A DNA stretch of 64,000 nt from a bacterium (GTDB lineage Bacteria; SAR324; XYD2-FULL-50-16), in assembly GCA_032250835.1 (NCBI GenBank), contig JAVVEA010000008.1, positions 79,943-143,942 on the forward strand, read 5' to 3'. The position numbers and the translations under genes were made by a program. The notes below the pieces were generated by a model. That model was not told where the DNA came from. It did not search any database and saw nothing but the letters and a program-made list of their open reading frames with translations. This document shows positions 19,736 to 30,864 of this stretch, in pieces (within the stretch, counting starts at the first letter, position 1; every line of letters begins with the position of its first letter).

Positions 19736-20380
19736 ATGAAAGCCAATTTAGCCACCCTTGCCCTTATCGCCCTAGCCACCATGGGTTTAAGCCTTTCGGG
19801 CTGCGACAAAAAGCCCCAAACGCCCCAAGTCAAAGTGAGCGACTTCCGCGCCCGTTCGGTCGCCGCCGGAGCTCCGACCAGCGCGGTTTATATGACCATC
19901 GAAAACCAAGGGGCCGAGGCAGACCTGCTGCTCAGCGCCAAAGCCGAAGGGGTTGAGGCTACCGAATTGCACGAAACGACGATCGACGAAGCCGGCGTGA
20001 TGAATATGAACAAGCTCCAAAGCATTGAAATTCCAGCTAATGGAACGGTAAGCTTTGCTCCGGGTGGTTTGCACGTGATGTTGATCGGTCTTAAAGAAGG
20101 CCTCAAAGAAGGTGATTCGGTGCTGTTGGACCTAAACTTCAAGCATGCGGGGATGATCTCCTTGAGCGTTCCCGTCAAAGGCTTGGCGATGGCTAACATG
20201 CCCATGGACGATGCCCACAAAGGCATGCAGATGCCCATGGACGATGCCCACAAAGGCATGCAAATGCCCATGGACGATGCCCACAAAGGCATGCAGATGC
20301 CGATGGACGATGCCCACAAAGGCATGCAGATGCCCATGGACGATGCCCACAAAGGCATGATGAACCAACCAGCCAAGTAA
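19736..20380 (+). CDS. Copper chaperone PCu(A)C lipoprotein with Met/His-rich repeat tail
   Basis: Lipobox LSGC; AVYMTIEN, ELHET...M.M, PGGLHVML; AGGAG RBS before ATG 19736. Confidence 0.92.
   Translation: MKANLATLALIALATMGLSLSGCDKKPQTPQVKVSDFRARSVAAGAPTSAVYMTIENQGAEADLLLSAKAEGVEATELHETTIDEAGVMNMNKLQSIEIPANGTVSFAPGGLHVMLIGLKEGLKEGDSVLLDLNFKHAGMISLSVPVKGLAMANMPMDDAHKGMQMPMDDAHKGMQMPMDDAHKGMQMPMDDAHKGMQMPMDDAHKGMMNQPAK
20198..20359 (+). repeat. 33-bp coding tandem repeat, about 4.9 copies (MPMDDAHKGMQ)
   Basis: Units start at 20198, 20231, 20264, 20297, 20330 and are nearly identical. Confidence 0.97.
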
Positions 20381-20383
20381 GTT

Positions 20384-21010
20384 ATGATGATCCGTAGACT
20401 TTTATTAGTGGCCTTGGTCGCTTCGCTCAGCTTTGGCTGTATTAAAAACAAGCGCGAAGGCGAAGAGTCGGGCACCAAGGATTCCTTTGGCGATGTATCG
20501 CTGCAACGATTTGAGCACATCGGCGGGGATTTTACCTTAACGGACCAGAACGGAAAACCCTGGACGCTCTCAGAGCAAAAGGGCAAAGCCTTGATTCTGT
20601 TTTTTGGGTACCTGACCTGCCCAGACGTTTGCCCGACCACGTTGGTCGAGATGTCCAAGGTGCTGACCGAACTGGGCCGCGATGCAGAACAGACCCAGGT
20701 GGTTTTTATTTCCGTAGATCCCGAGCGTGATTCACCCGAGAACTTACGGAACTATTTGGTCAACTTCAACCCCGCCTTCATCGGTCTGACCGGTACCCCC
20801 GAGCAGATCGCTAAGGTGGCCGAAGATTATAAAGTGGTCTACCGCCGCCGGGAACAACGTTCGGCCATGGGTTACACCATCGACCATTCCAGCGGGAGTT
20901 ACTTGGTTGATAAGGCCGGAGACGTACGCTACATCTTCGCCTTCCAGACCAAGCCCAAGTTCATCGTCAAAGGCATCGAAAAGGTCTTAGGGCTCGCCCC
21001 TGGGGCTTAG
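20384..21010 (+). CDS. SCO1/SenC family copper protein
   Basis: FFGYLTCPDVCP, ISVDPERD, YTIDHS. Confidence 0.95.
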   Translation: MMIRRLLLVALVASLSFGCIKNKREGEESGTKDSFGDVSLQRFEHIGGDFTLTDQNGKPWTLSEQKGKALILFFGYLTCPDVCPTTLVEMSKVLTELGRDAEQTQVVFISVDPERDSPENLRNYLVNFNPAFIGLTGTPEQIAKVAEDYKVVYRRREQRSAMGYTIDHSSGSYLVDKAGDVRYIFAFQTKPKFIVKGIEKVLGLAPGA

Positions 21011-21056
21011 TCTTCGGCGCAAAAGGCCTGTTGCGGCTGAGTTGGACTGGTTAATC

Positions 21057-21093
21057 AAAGAGCCCCGTTGCCTTTAAGGTAGCGGGGCTTTTT
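21057..21093 (+). terminator. Intrinsic terminator after SCO
   Basis: AGCCCCGTTGCC...GGTAGCGGGGCT stem followed by T-tract. Confidence 0.8.
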
Positions 21094-21104
21094 GCATTTA
21101 GAGG

Positions 21105-22856
21105 TTAGGACTCGTCCGAGTCTTGCTGTAGGCGCTGTAACTGTTGCAGCATCTGTTCTAAACCGCCGTGGTTAGAGCTAGGCTCTTTGTCTTCGGGCAA
21201 TAAGTGGTCTAGCCCCTTGGAGTGTAAGAGGGTCCGCAAAAGGCTCATGCGCTCCTTGGCGCTTATTAGCCAATGTGCACTTACGGCCCGCTGGGTCGGT
21301 AAGGCGCGGTAGTAGGCAAAACACTCAATGAGAAGGTCTTGGATTTCCCGCTCTTCAAAGTCCCCTGCGTTAAGTTGGCGGACAACCATTTCGTCGAAGA
21401 TAGCTGCTTTCTGCCAGAAGAAATAGGCCCGACTCACGCCGGGTTGATCATCAGCCAACTGACTCTCTGCCTGACAGGAGGCGCTTAAGGCCTCTTCCAA
21501 TTCCCCACGTTGGAAATAGATTTGGGTCAGTTTGCCCCAACATTGGCCGGCCCGCGCACAATTCTGGGTCCCTTTCAGTGCTAGTTCGTAGGCCCGTTTG
21601 AGGTCGCCTTTACTGTAGTAATAGCTTGCTATGTTGGAGTAACTCCGTTCGTCTTCGGGTAGATGACTGCGGAACTGTTTGTTGAGTTCAACGGCTTCTT
21701 CGAACCTTCCCTGCCCGAAGAGATAGTCTTCGGCAAAAACAAAGGCCCGCCAGTTCCATAGCTCCCACGCAAGTTCGCATAGGATATCATACTGATTTTG
21801 AGCCGTCTGGATGTCACCTGCTTTGTTTGCATAATGCAACGCATCTGCGTTGAGGTCGATGTCATTTTTAAAGTATTGGAGACCCAACTGGGCTACCTGG
21901 AAGGCTTCAACGAAGAGATCAGAACGAGCGTATTCGGCGGCGAGGTTGTGGAAGTCGTTTGGATCTCCTTTGATTTTATCTTCCAAAATTTGCCGTTGGA
22001 TTTGCAGGGCTAAGTCGATCTGTTTTTTCGAATTCCCTTCCGGGGAAAGCAATTCAACAACCAAGTTGTGAGCTTGCCCAATGCTCGCCATTCGCTTGAT
22101 CTGGTGAGACGACTCTTGAAATTTTTCAAGCCAGTCATAACCTTTTACGGACTCGAGATGCTTTTTAACCTTGGTGTCAAAAGTGTTATATTGTTTTTGC
22201 AGCGCTTCCGTCTTGTCTTCCACAGCCTCATCCAGAGCTTCTTTGGCTACTTGACCGATCAAGTGTTCGAAGCTCTTGAACTGAGCATTAGCTTCTTGGG
22301 CGTATTGATGCCGGGCTTCTTGCGCCAGCTTGCGTTCGGCCATCATCTGTTCTTGCAAGGATTGGCGCAGTTCCTCAATATTTCGGTCAAAGCCCTCAAA
22401 ACGTTTGAGGCCGCTAGTGCTGAGCAAGATGGTAAAGATCAACACCATCACCGGCACCACAATTTTGATCAAGTCTTCACCGGCAAAGGCACCGGTATAG
22501 GCGTTGTGCTGGATATTGGATGGCGGCTTGCTGTCGCTCGTTGCGTCGCTGGCTAGACTGATTTGAACTGTGTTCTGCTGGGCCTTGGCAAAGAATTCTA
22601 GATCTTCAAGGAACCGGTCTGAGGGGAACATATTGTAGAGCACCAAAAAGGCCCCCAACACCACGGTCGTAACCAGCGATAGCTGGAGGACTTCAAACCA
22701 CCAAGTTTTTTCCCGCCTTTTTTCCTGTTGGGTTAGCTGACTTTGTAGGTTTTCGACCGATATCTGGAGCTCCTCGCAGCGGCGCTGTATAGGAGTTAGC
22801 AGTTCATTGACTCGCGGTTCTAGCGAATCCGATTCGGAAGGTTTGTTGGGTTCCAT
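21105..22856 (-). CDS. Membrane-anchored coiled-coil/TPR protein
   Basis: Two TM segments, coiled region, C-terminal TPR-like helices (GRFEEAVE, YSNIASYYYSKGDLKRA, GELEEAL); GGAGG RBS. Confidence 0.8.
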   Translation of the reverse strand: MEPNKPSESDSLEPRVNELLTPIQRRCEELQISVENLQSQLTQQEKRREKTWWFEVLQLSLVTTVVLGAFLVLYNMFPSDRFLEDLEFFAKAQQNTVQISLASDATSDSKPPSNIQHNAYTGAFAGEDLIKIVVPVMVLIFTILLSTSGLKRFEGFDRNIEELRQSLQEQMMAERKLAQEARHQYAQEANAQFKSFEHLIGQVAKEALDEAVEDKTEALQKQYNTFDTKVKKHLESVKGYDWLEKFQESSHQIKRMASIGQAHNLVVELLSPEGNSKKQIDLALQIQRQILEDKIKGDPNDFHNLAAEYARSDLFVEAFQVAQLGLQYFKNDIDLNADALHYANKAGDIQTAQNQYDILCELAWELWNWRAFVFAEDYLFGQGRFEEAVELNKQFRSHLPEDERSYSNIASYYYSKGDLKRAYELALKGTQNCARAGQCWGKLTQIYFQRGELEEALSASCQAESQLADDQPGVSRAYFFWQKAAIFDEMVVRQLNAGDFEEREIQDLLIECFAYYRALPTQRAVSAHWLISAKERMSLLRTLLHSKGLDHLLPEDKEPSSNHGGLEQMLQQLQRLQQDSDES

Positions 22857-22911
22857 GGGCCTCCTCAGTTAGGGTTTGGCTAAACCTACCAACTGAAGGG
22901 GGCAGAGCCCA

Positions 22912-22958
22912 GGACATTAATGGGACATTGGGTCAGCATCCTGGACAAAAATGGGACA
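22912..22958. promoter_or_regulatory. Candidate operator of phased GGACA boxes upstream of the TPR gene
   Basis: GGACAttaaTGGGACA (22912-22927) and GGACAaaaaTGGGACA (22943-22958). Confidence 0.5.
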
Positions 22959-22996
22959 GGTAAAGAGGGGGTCCCCAGAGGGTAGCGGGGCTTTTT

Positions 22997-23269
22997 TTAA
23001 TCCTTCGGGGCGGGCGGATCTTGGGGGGGGGCTTGCTGGTCGTCGTCACCGGCCATGTAAAACCCGGCGTCGCCCTCTTCGAGCTTGACGCGGGTGAAGT
23101 ACAAAATCCCGGTGGTGATGCCCATGGTGATCAGGCAGAGCCAAAGGTCTTCGGTAAAGCCTTCGCCCGCAAAGAGGTGGCGGGGCGTAAAATAGCTGAG
23201 GTACCCGGCGCACCACAAAAACACAGCCAAAACCAAGAGACGCACAAAGGGGCGGATCGCATCGAACAT
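22997..23269 (-). CDS. Small 2-TM hypothetical protein
   Basis: AGGAG RBS before ATG 23269; two hydrophobic segments and an acidic tail. Confidence 0.7.
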   Translation of the reverse strand: MFDAIRPFVRLLVLAVFLWCAGYLSYFTPRHLFAGEGFTEDLWLCLITMGITTGILYFTRVKLEEGDAGFYMAGDDDQQAPPQDPPAPKD

Positions 23270-23325
23270 ATAAACTCCTAAAGAAGGCCTTAAGTCTAAG
23301 CCGACCAAAAGGCCCGGTCAAGTCC

Positions 23326-23364
23326 GCTGGCGCAGGCGGTCAAATAGCTGGCGTTTCGGGTCAA
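23326..23364 (+). promoter_or_regulatory. Tandem direct-repeat site, probably for an AraC-family regulator
   Basis: GCTGGCG-N5-GGTCAA at 23326 and 23347 (21-bp period) upstream of 23428. Confidence 0.6.
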
Positions 23365-23427
23365 TATTTCTCAAGCAAGCCTGACTAAACTAAACTTATT
23401 AGATAAATCTGTTTTAGGGAGGTCCCG

Positions 23428-23940
23428 ATGAAGCTATGGCTAGCGATAATTTTCATTTTGTTGATTGGCCCTGCTCCGGTGAGGGCAGGCTGGGAATTAG
23501 AAGTGGACCCCTTTGCTTACGGGCTTAAGGGCTATTCGGGGCATCTCGCCTGGGCCGCGTCGGACTGGCGTGTGGATGCTGGCGTCTTCGGTTTAGAAAC
23601 GCCCACAGGATACTACCAGGAACATTGGGTGGTGAAAATGGACGGTTACGGCGCCAAGCTGCATTTTCTGAGTGACGGCGCTTTTTTTTGGGGCCTCGCT
23701 GCGGGCGGGGGGCATTTGACCTTTGGGCGCGACGATCTAGCATCAGAGCAAGTTAGAAACTTTACTAGCAGCGGCCTGGAGGCTGGCTGGCGCTTTGGTA
23801 CCGGCAACTGGTATTGGGTACCCTGGGTTGGGGTCAATCGCTTTGCTATTGCTGGCGAGCCCGTTGATTGGGCCGGGGATACCTTGGAAATGCCGGGTTG
23901 GCAGGTTTTCCCTACCATACACCTAGGCTTTCGTTTTTAG
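23428..23940 (+). CDS. Putative small outer-membrane beta-barrel protein
   Basis: Signal peptide, amphipathic strands, C-terminal HLGFRF. Confidence 0.75.
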   Translation: MKLWLAIIFILLIGPAPVRAGWELEVDPFAYGLKGYSGHLAWAASDWRVDAGVFGLETPTGYYQEHWVVKMDGYGAKLHFLSDGAFFWGLAAGGGHLTFGRDDLASEQVRNFTSSGLEAGWRFGTGNWYWVPWVGVNRFAIAGEPVDWAGDTLEMPGWQVFPTIHLGFRF

Positions 23941-24939
23941 CCTAAAATCACGGGGGCTGAGCCCGGTCCAGCGCTTGAAGGCACGGGTGAAGGCGCTGGT
24001 CTCGGAAAAGCCGAGTAAAAAGGCGATTTCGGTGATGTTCAATTGGGCTTGAGCCAGATGGATCTGGGCCCACTGTTGCCGGGCTTGTTCCACCATCTGG
24101 CGGAACTGGAGCCCCTGCTCGCCGAGTTTTCGTTGCAAGCTGCGCGGGCTCATACCCAAGCGGCGGGCGACCAGAGTTTGATCTAGGTTTTCTAGCGGGA
24201 GGGCTTCATTGATGACCCGTTGGACCTGGGCGGTCCAATCCTCGGCGGGGGGGATTTCGGCCAGCGCCTTTTGGGCTGCTTCGTCTAAGACCGCCTTCAG
24301 GCCTGAGTCTTGGCCTCCGCGCAAGGGGAGGTCCCATTGACCTGGCGCAAAGATGAGGCGGTTTTCCTCCTGGTCCCAAAGCCGGTCGATCCCTTGGAAT
24401 ATCCGCTCAAAAGCTGGGCCTAAGGGTTGGGCCGGGCCTTGGAAATGAAGGGCCAGCAAGCGGGGCTTTTGAAGCGTTTCCTGGCAAGCGATAATATACA
24501 ACGAGGCCAGGGTAAACTGGCTAGCTGCCGGGCCGGGACCGCTTCGGAGTTCTGAAAAAGAATGGCACAGGGCTGGGTGTTCCCCAATGTTGCGCAAGCT
24601 CAGCCGCGCTTCGTCGTGGATCAGCCGGTGGTAGCGGGCAATACAGCGGAAGAGATTTCCCAGGTTGTCTTGGGCCGTCATCAAGTAGCCCAACAGCCCC
24701 AACATGCGGGCCTCGGCTTGTTCGGCTAATTTGAACCCGATCTCTGGGTCTTGGGCGGCCGCTAAATCCCACAATAAAAGTTCTGTTTGTAGCGGAACTT
24801 TTTGGTTGTAGGTGAGGCCTGTCAGCTTGCTACCCACCTGACGGATCAGCTGGCTTTCTTCAATACCGCTCTGCAAGAGAAAATCCCATAGCGCTTGGGC
24901 GATCAGGGCCGGGCTGCCCTTTCCCTGCCAGTCCTTCAA
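23923..24939 (-). CDS. AraC-family transcriptional regulator (OruR-like architecture)
   Basis: VARRLGMSPRSLQRKL...ITEIAFLLGFSETSAFTRAFKRWTGLSP. Confidence 0.93.
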   Translation of the reverse strand: MKDWQGKGSPALIAQALWDFLLQSGIEESQLIRQVGSKLTGLTYNQKVPLQTELLLWDLAAAQDPEIGFKLAEQAEARMLGLLGYLMTAQDNLGNLFRCIARYHRLIHDEARLSLRNIGEHPALCHSFSELRSGPGPAASQFTLASLYIIACQETLQKPRLLALHFQGPAQPLGPAFERIFQGIDRLWDQEENRLIFAPGQWDLPLRGGQDSGLKAVLDEAAQKALAEIPPAEDWTAQVQRVINEALPLENLDQTLVARRLGMSPRSLQRKLGEQGLQFRQMVEQARQQWAQIHLAQAQLNITEIAFLLGFSETSAFTRAFKRWTGLSPRDFRLKTKA

Positions 24940-26195
24940 GCTTCCTCGATCAAGCGCAACGCCAAAGGCCGCCAGAATTCTTTCATCGCCAAGGTGGCAA
25001 AGCGGGCGGGGTCTAGGGTCTTGCCTTCTAAGGCGCGGTCCAAGGGCCAGAGGGGGTGGCCGCCTTCAAAGTAGCGGCCCGTGGTCAAGATGGGGGCCTC
25101 GGGGCCCACTAGGTCGAGCTCGCTGGCATAGGGGGCTAAGGCCAGCTCTTCGGCGAAACGGGGCAGATAGTCTACCTGGGCGAAACTGCCCAGGCAATGC
25201 AGCCCCAATCTAAAGCGCAACAGCAAGAAACAGAGCCAGACGCCGGGAGCCAAAGTTCCGGTTTCTAAGGCTGTCGCCAGTTGGTCTAAGTCCAAAGGCT
25301 CGGGGGCCGTCTTTTCGTTGGTCAATTCCCCGTCTAAGTAGCGGCAGGCCAACACTTTATTTGATTTTTTGCCCTGGTAATGGGCCAGGAAGTTCATCTC
25401 CGGGCTTTGCCAGTGTCCCGTCAGGACTTCTAAAATCCAGGGGTCCCGCTGGCGGATCAAGGCGCTTAAATAGCTCGCCGCTAAGCCATTGAGGTCTAAC
25501 ATCAAATACCGCCGCCCAGCAAAGACGGCCTGTTGCACCGCCGCCGCACTGCGCCCGGCCCAGCTGGTCCAGTTGTCGTCAGATTGCGGTTTGGCCAAGA
25601 GCCGCCGCACTTCGGGCTGCAATTCGGCTAACCGGGCTGCAAAATCTTCGGGCAGTCCACTGCCGTAAACCAACTGGTCACGCATCTTCGAGGGGATCAG
25701 GCTGATCCGGCGGTCCTCCTCACCGTGGGCTTCTCGCTCGCGGGCCGCGGCCAAGGCCTTGGCGAAGCCCGGACGGGCCGGGTCCATCAAGCGCTCTAAG
25801 TCCAGATAACCATAGCTGAGCGCGCCGCTCCAGGCACTATTGGAAAAGGCCACCCCGCTGGCCGCGGCAATCAGGTAGAGGCGGTGCGGCGGCAGGCCCG
25901 AGAGGCTGATCAAGTCGATGGTGGTGAAGGTGGGCCCGAAGCTAGGGGTGACGTGGTGCGAGCACTGCAACACCGGCAGGTTCGGCAACTGCTCGGCGGC
26001 CTCAAGCGCCAGCTCCCGGCCCCAGTGGGCCGCCTCGACCTGCTGGACCAGTAGGTCCAAAAACTCCTGGGGCAGTTTGAGGGGAGGCACCCGGTAGAGC
26101 CTAGCTGCATAGTCGGCTAGCGGTGTTTCCCAGTCGGCGGCAAAGGCCTGGGCTAACTGGGGGCGGTGGGGCTTTAGCAGGCTCAGGTCGATCAT
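24936..26195 (-). CDS. Hypothetical protein translationally coupled to mpl
   Basis: 419-aa ORF with 4-bp overlaps on both sides; no family recognised. Confidence 0.8.
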   Translation of the reverse strand: MIDLSLLKPHRPQLAQAFAADWETPLADYAARLYRVPPLKLPQEFLDLLVQQVEAAHWGRELALEAAEQLPNLPVLQCSHHVTPSFGPTFTTIDLISLSGLPPHRLYLIAAASGVAFSNSAWSGALSYGYLDLERLMDPARPGFAKALAAAREREAHGEEDRRISLIPSKMRDQLVYGSGLPEDFAARLAELQPEVRRLLAKPQSDDNWTSWAGRSAAAVQQAVFAGRRYLMLDLNGLAASYLSALIRQRDPWILEVLTGHWQSPEMNFLAHYQGKKSNKVLACRYLDGELTNEKTAPEPLDLDQLATALETGTLAPGVWLCFLLLRFRLGLHCLGSFAQVDYLPRFAEELALAPYASELDLVGPEAPILTTGRYFEGGHPLWPLDRALEGKTLDPARFATLAMKEFWRPLALRLIEEA

Positions 26196-27634
26196 TTTTT
26201 AGGCGGCTGGTCCAAAGCGGCGACTTTCTGGTCCACCAATGCGGCAATTTTGCGCTGCATCCCGCCAAAGTCGCCGTTGCTCATCACTAAAATAATGTCG
26301 CCCGGTTGGGCCTTCTGGGCCGCCTCTTGGGCCATTAGGTCTAGGTCTTCCCCGACTTGAGCCGTCAATCCTTTGGCCTGCAATTCCTTGCAGATCAGGC
26401 CTAAGTCTAGGCGCTCGGCGGGTTTGAGCCGCTCGGCGCGGAACAGGGGCGAAAAGGACACCTCGTTGGCGCCTTCAAAGGCCCAGGCCATCCGTTCTTG
26501 GTGTATCCGCCGCACCGAGGTGTTGGACTTGGGCTCATAGATCGCGTGGATGCGCGCCTCGGGCCAGGCAGCGCGGACGGCTCCTAAGGTCTCGTGGATC
26601 GCGGTGGGGTGGTGGGCGAAGTCGTCGAAAACCCGGATGGTTTCTTGCTTGCTGACCAACTGCAAGCGGCGTTTGACGTGTTTGTAGCTGTCTAAGGCCG
26701 CTTGGATGGCGGCGGGCTCGATGCCTTCTTCTAGGGCCAAGAGGATCACACCGGTGGCGTTGCGCACGTTGAACTCGCCCATTAAGGGGATTTCAAAGGG
26801 GTAGACTCGTCCGGCATAATGCAACTCAAAGCTCATCCCCACGCGGCCCATCCGGGGCTGCATCTTTTCGATCCGCCCATCGTTGCCTTCCCCGGTGCCG
26901 AAGGTGACCACCCGGCTGTAGCCCTGCCCGGCGACTTCGACGGCGTTGGGGTCGTCTCCGTTGGCCAAGATCAAGCCATTTTCTGGGATCTGGCGCAGCA
27001 TCAAAACAAAGCTGCGCTTGATCTGCTCAAGGTTGTCGAAGATGTCGGCGTGGTCAAACTCAATGTTGTTGATGATCAGGCAATCGGGCAGATAGTGGAA
27101 AAATTTGCTGCGCTTGTCGAACAGACTGGTGTCGTATTCGTCACCCTCGACCACAAAATACCCGCCGGGCTCTACGTCCTTGGAGCTGGTCCCGAAGTTC
27201 TCGGGCACCCCGCCGATCAAAAAGCCCGTGGGCTTGCCGCAGGCCGTAAAGACATGGGCGGCCAAGGTGGTGGTGCTGGTCTTGCCGTGGGTGCCGGTGA
27301 TCACCAAGGAGCGCCGTCCCCGGATGAATTCGTTTTTGAGCAATTCGGCCATGCTCAAATAATGCAAGTGGGCCTTTAAGGCATATTCCACTTCGGCGTT
27401 GCCCCGGCTGAGCGCGTTGCCCAGCACCACATAATCCGGTGCCGGGTCCAAGTGCTCGGCGGCGTAGCCTTCCATCACCGGGATGCCGTTTTCTTCAAGC
27501 AAGGTAGACATGGGCGGGTAGACATTCTGGTCGCTACCGGTGATCCGGTGGCCCCGGATTTTTAGTAACACCGCCAAGGAAGCCATGGCGGTGCCGCAGA
27601 TACCCGAAAAGTGAAAGTGCAACTTAGCGGACAT
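26192..27634 (-). CDS. mpl: Murein peptide ligase
   Basis: GICGTAM, GTHGKTST, EGDEYDT-LFDKRSKF, EFDHADIF, DDFAHHPTAI, MSNGDFGG. Confidence 0.93.
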   Translation of the reverse strand: MSAKLHFHFSGICGTAMASLAVLLKIRGHRITGSDQNVYPPMSTLLEENGIPVMEGYAAEHLDPAPDYVVLGNALSRGNAEVEYALKAHLHYLSMAELLKNEFIRGRRSLVITGTHGKTSTTTLAAHVFTACGKPTGFLIGGVPENFGTSSKDVEPGGYFVVEGDEYDTSLFDKRSKFFHYLPDCLIINNIEFDHADIFDNLEQIKRSFVLMLRQIPENGLILANGDDPNAVEVAGQGYSRVVTFGTGEGNDGRIEKMQPRMGRVGMSFELHYAGRVYPFEIPLMGEFNVRNATGVILLALEEGIEPAAIQAALDSYKHVKRRLQLVSKQETIRVFDDFAHHPTAIHETLGAVRAAWPEARIHAIYEPKSNTSVRRIHQERMAWAFEGANEVSFSPLFRAERLKPAERLDLGLICKELQAKGLTAQVGEDLDLMAQEAAQKAQPGDIILVMSNGDFGGMQRKIAALVDQKVAALDQPPKK

Positions 27635-27639
27635 ATTGC

Positions 27640-28032
27640 CTAATAGTGGGAATGGTCGATATGGGCAATCAGGTCGATCTCAACCCGGCAGTTCTTGGGC
27701 AGACGGGCCACCTCGACGCAGGCGCGGGCCGGGCGGTTCTCGCCCATATATTCGGCGTAGATGGTATTCATGGCGGCGAAGTCGCCTAGGTCCTTTAAAT
27801 AGACCGTCGCCTTGATCACTTGGCTAAAGTCCGCATGGGCCTCGGCCAGGACGTTGCCTAAGTTACTCATGACCTGATGCATCTGGGTCCGGAAATCCTC
27901 GCCGGCCAATTCACCGGTGGCGGGGTCCACCGGAATCTGACCGGCGGTATATAAAAAGTCTCCGGCCAAAACGGCGTGAGAATAGGGCCCAAAGGCTTCG
28001 GGAGCACCCTCGGTATTGATCATCTTGTGCAT
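27640..28032 (-). CDS. ridA: RidA/YjgF enamine deaminase
   Basis: GPYSHAV, AGQIP, PARACVEVARLP, VEID. Confidence 0.92.
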   Translation of the reverse strand: MHKMINTEGAPEAFGPYSHAVLAGDFLYTAGQIPVDPATGELAGEDFRTQMHQVMSNLGNVLAEAHADFSQVIKATVYLKDLGDFAAMNTIYAEYMGENRPARACVEVARLPKNCRVEIDLIAHIDHSHY

Positions 28033-28053
28033 GGCTACCTTTGCAAGTTAGAT

Positions 28054-30735
<2,682 letters not shown>

Positions 30736-30864
30736 CGCTACATGGGGCTGACAAAGGTTCTCTTTCTTCTACCCCCAAGGGCCTCGCTGGCGCAACCCAA
30801 GAAAAAGGGACTGTTCTATGGGGTCCAAATCGGTTAGTCTGGAAGTCATTAATTTGGGGGTTCT

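Noticed and set aside
20198-20359. Possible CRISPR array
   Set aside because: Contiguous in-frame repeats with no spacers and no cas genes
19888-20658. 256-aa minus-strand ORF with a repeated peptide
   Set aside because: Antisense shadow of PCuAC/SCO and the 33-bp repeat
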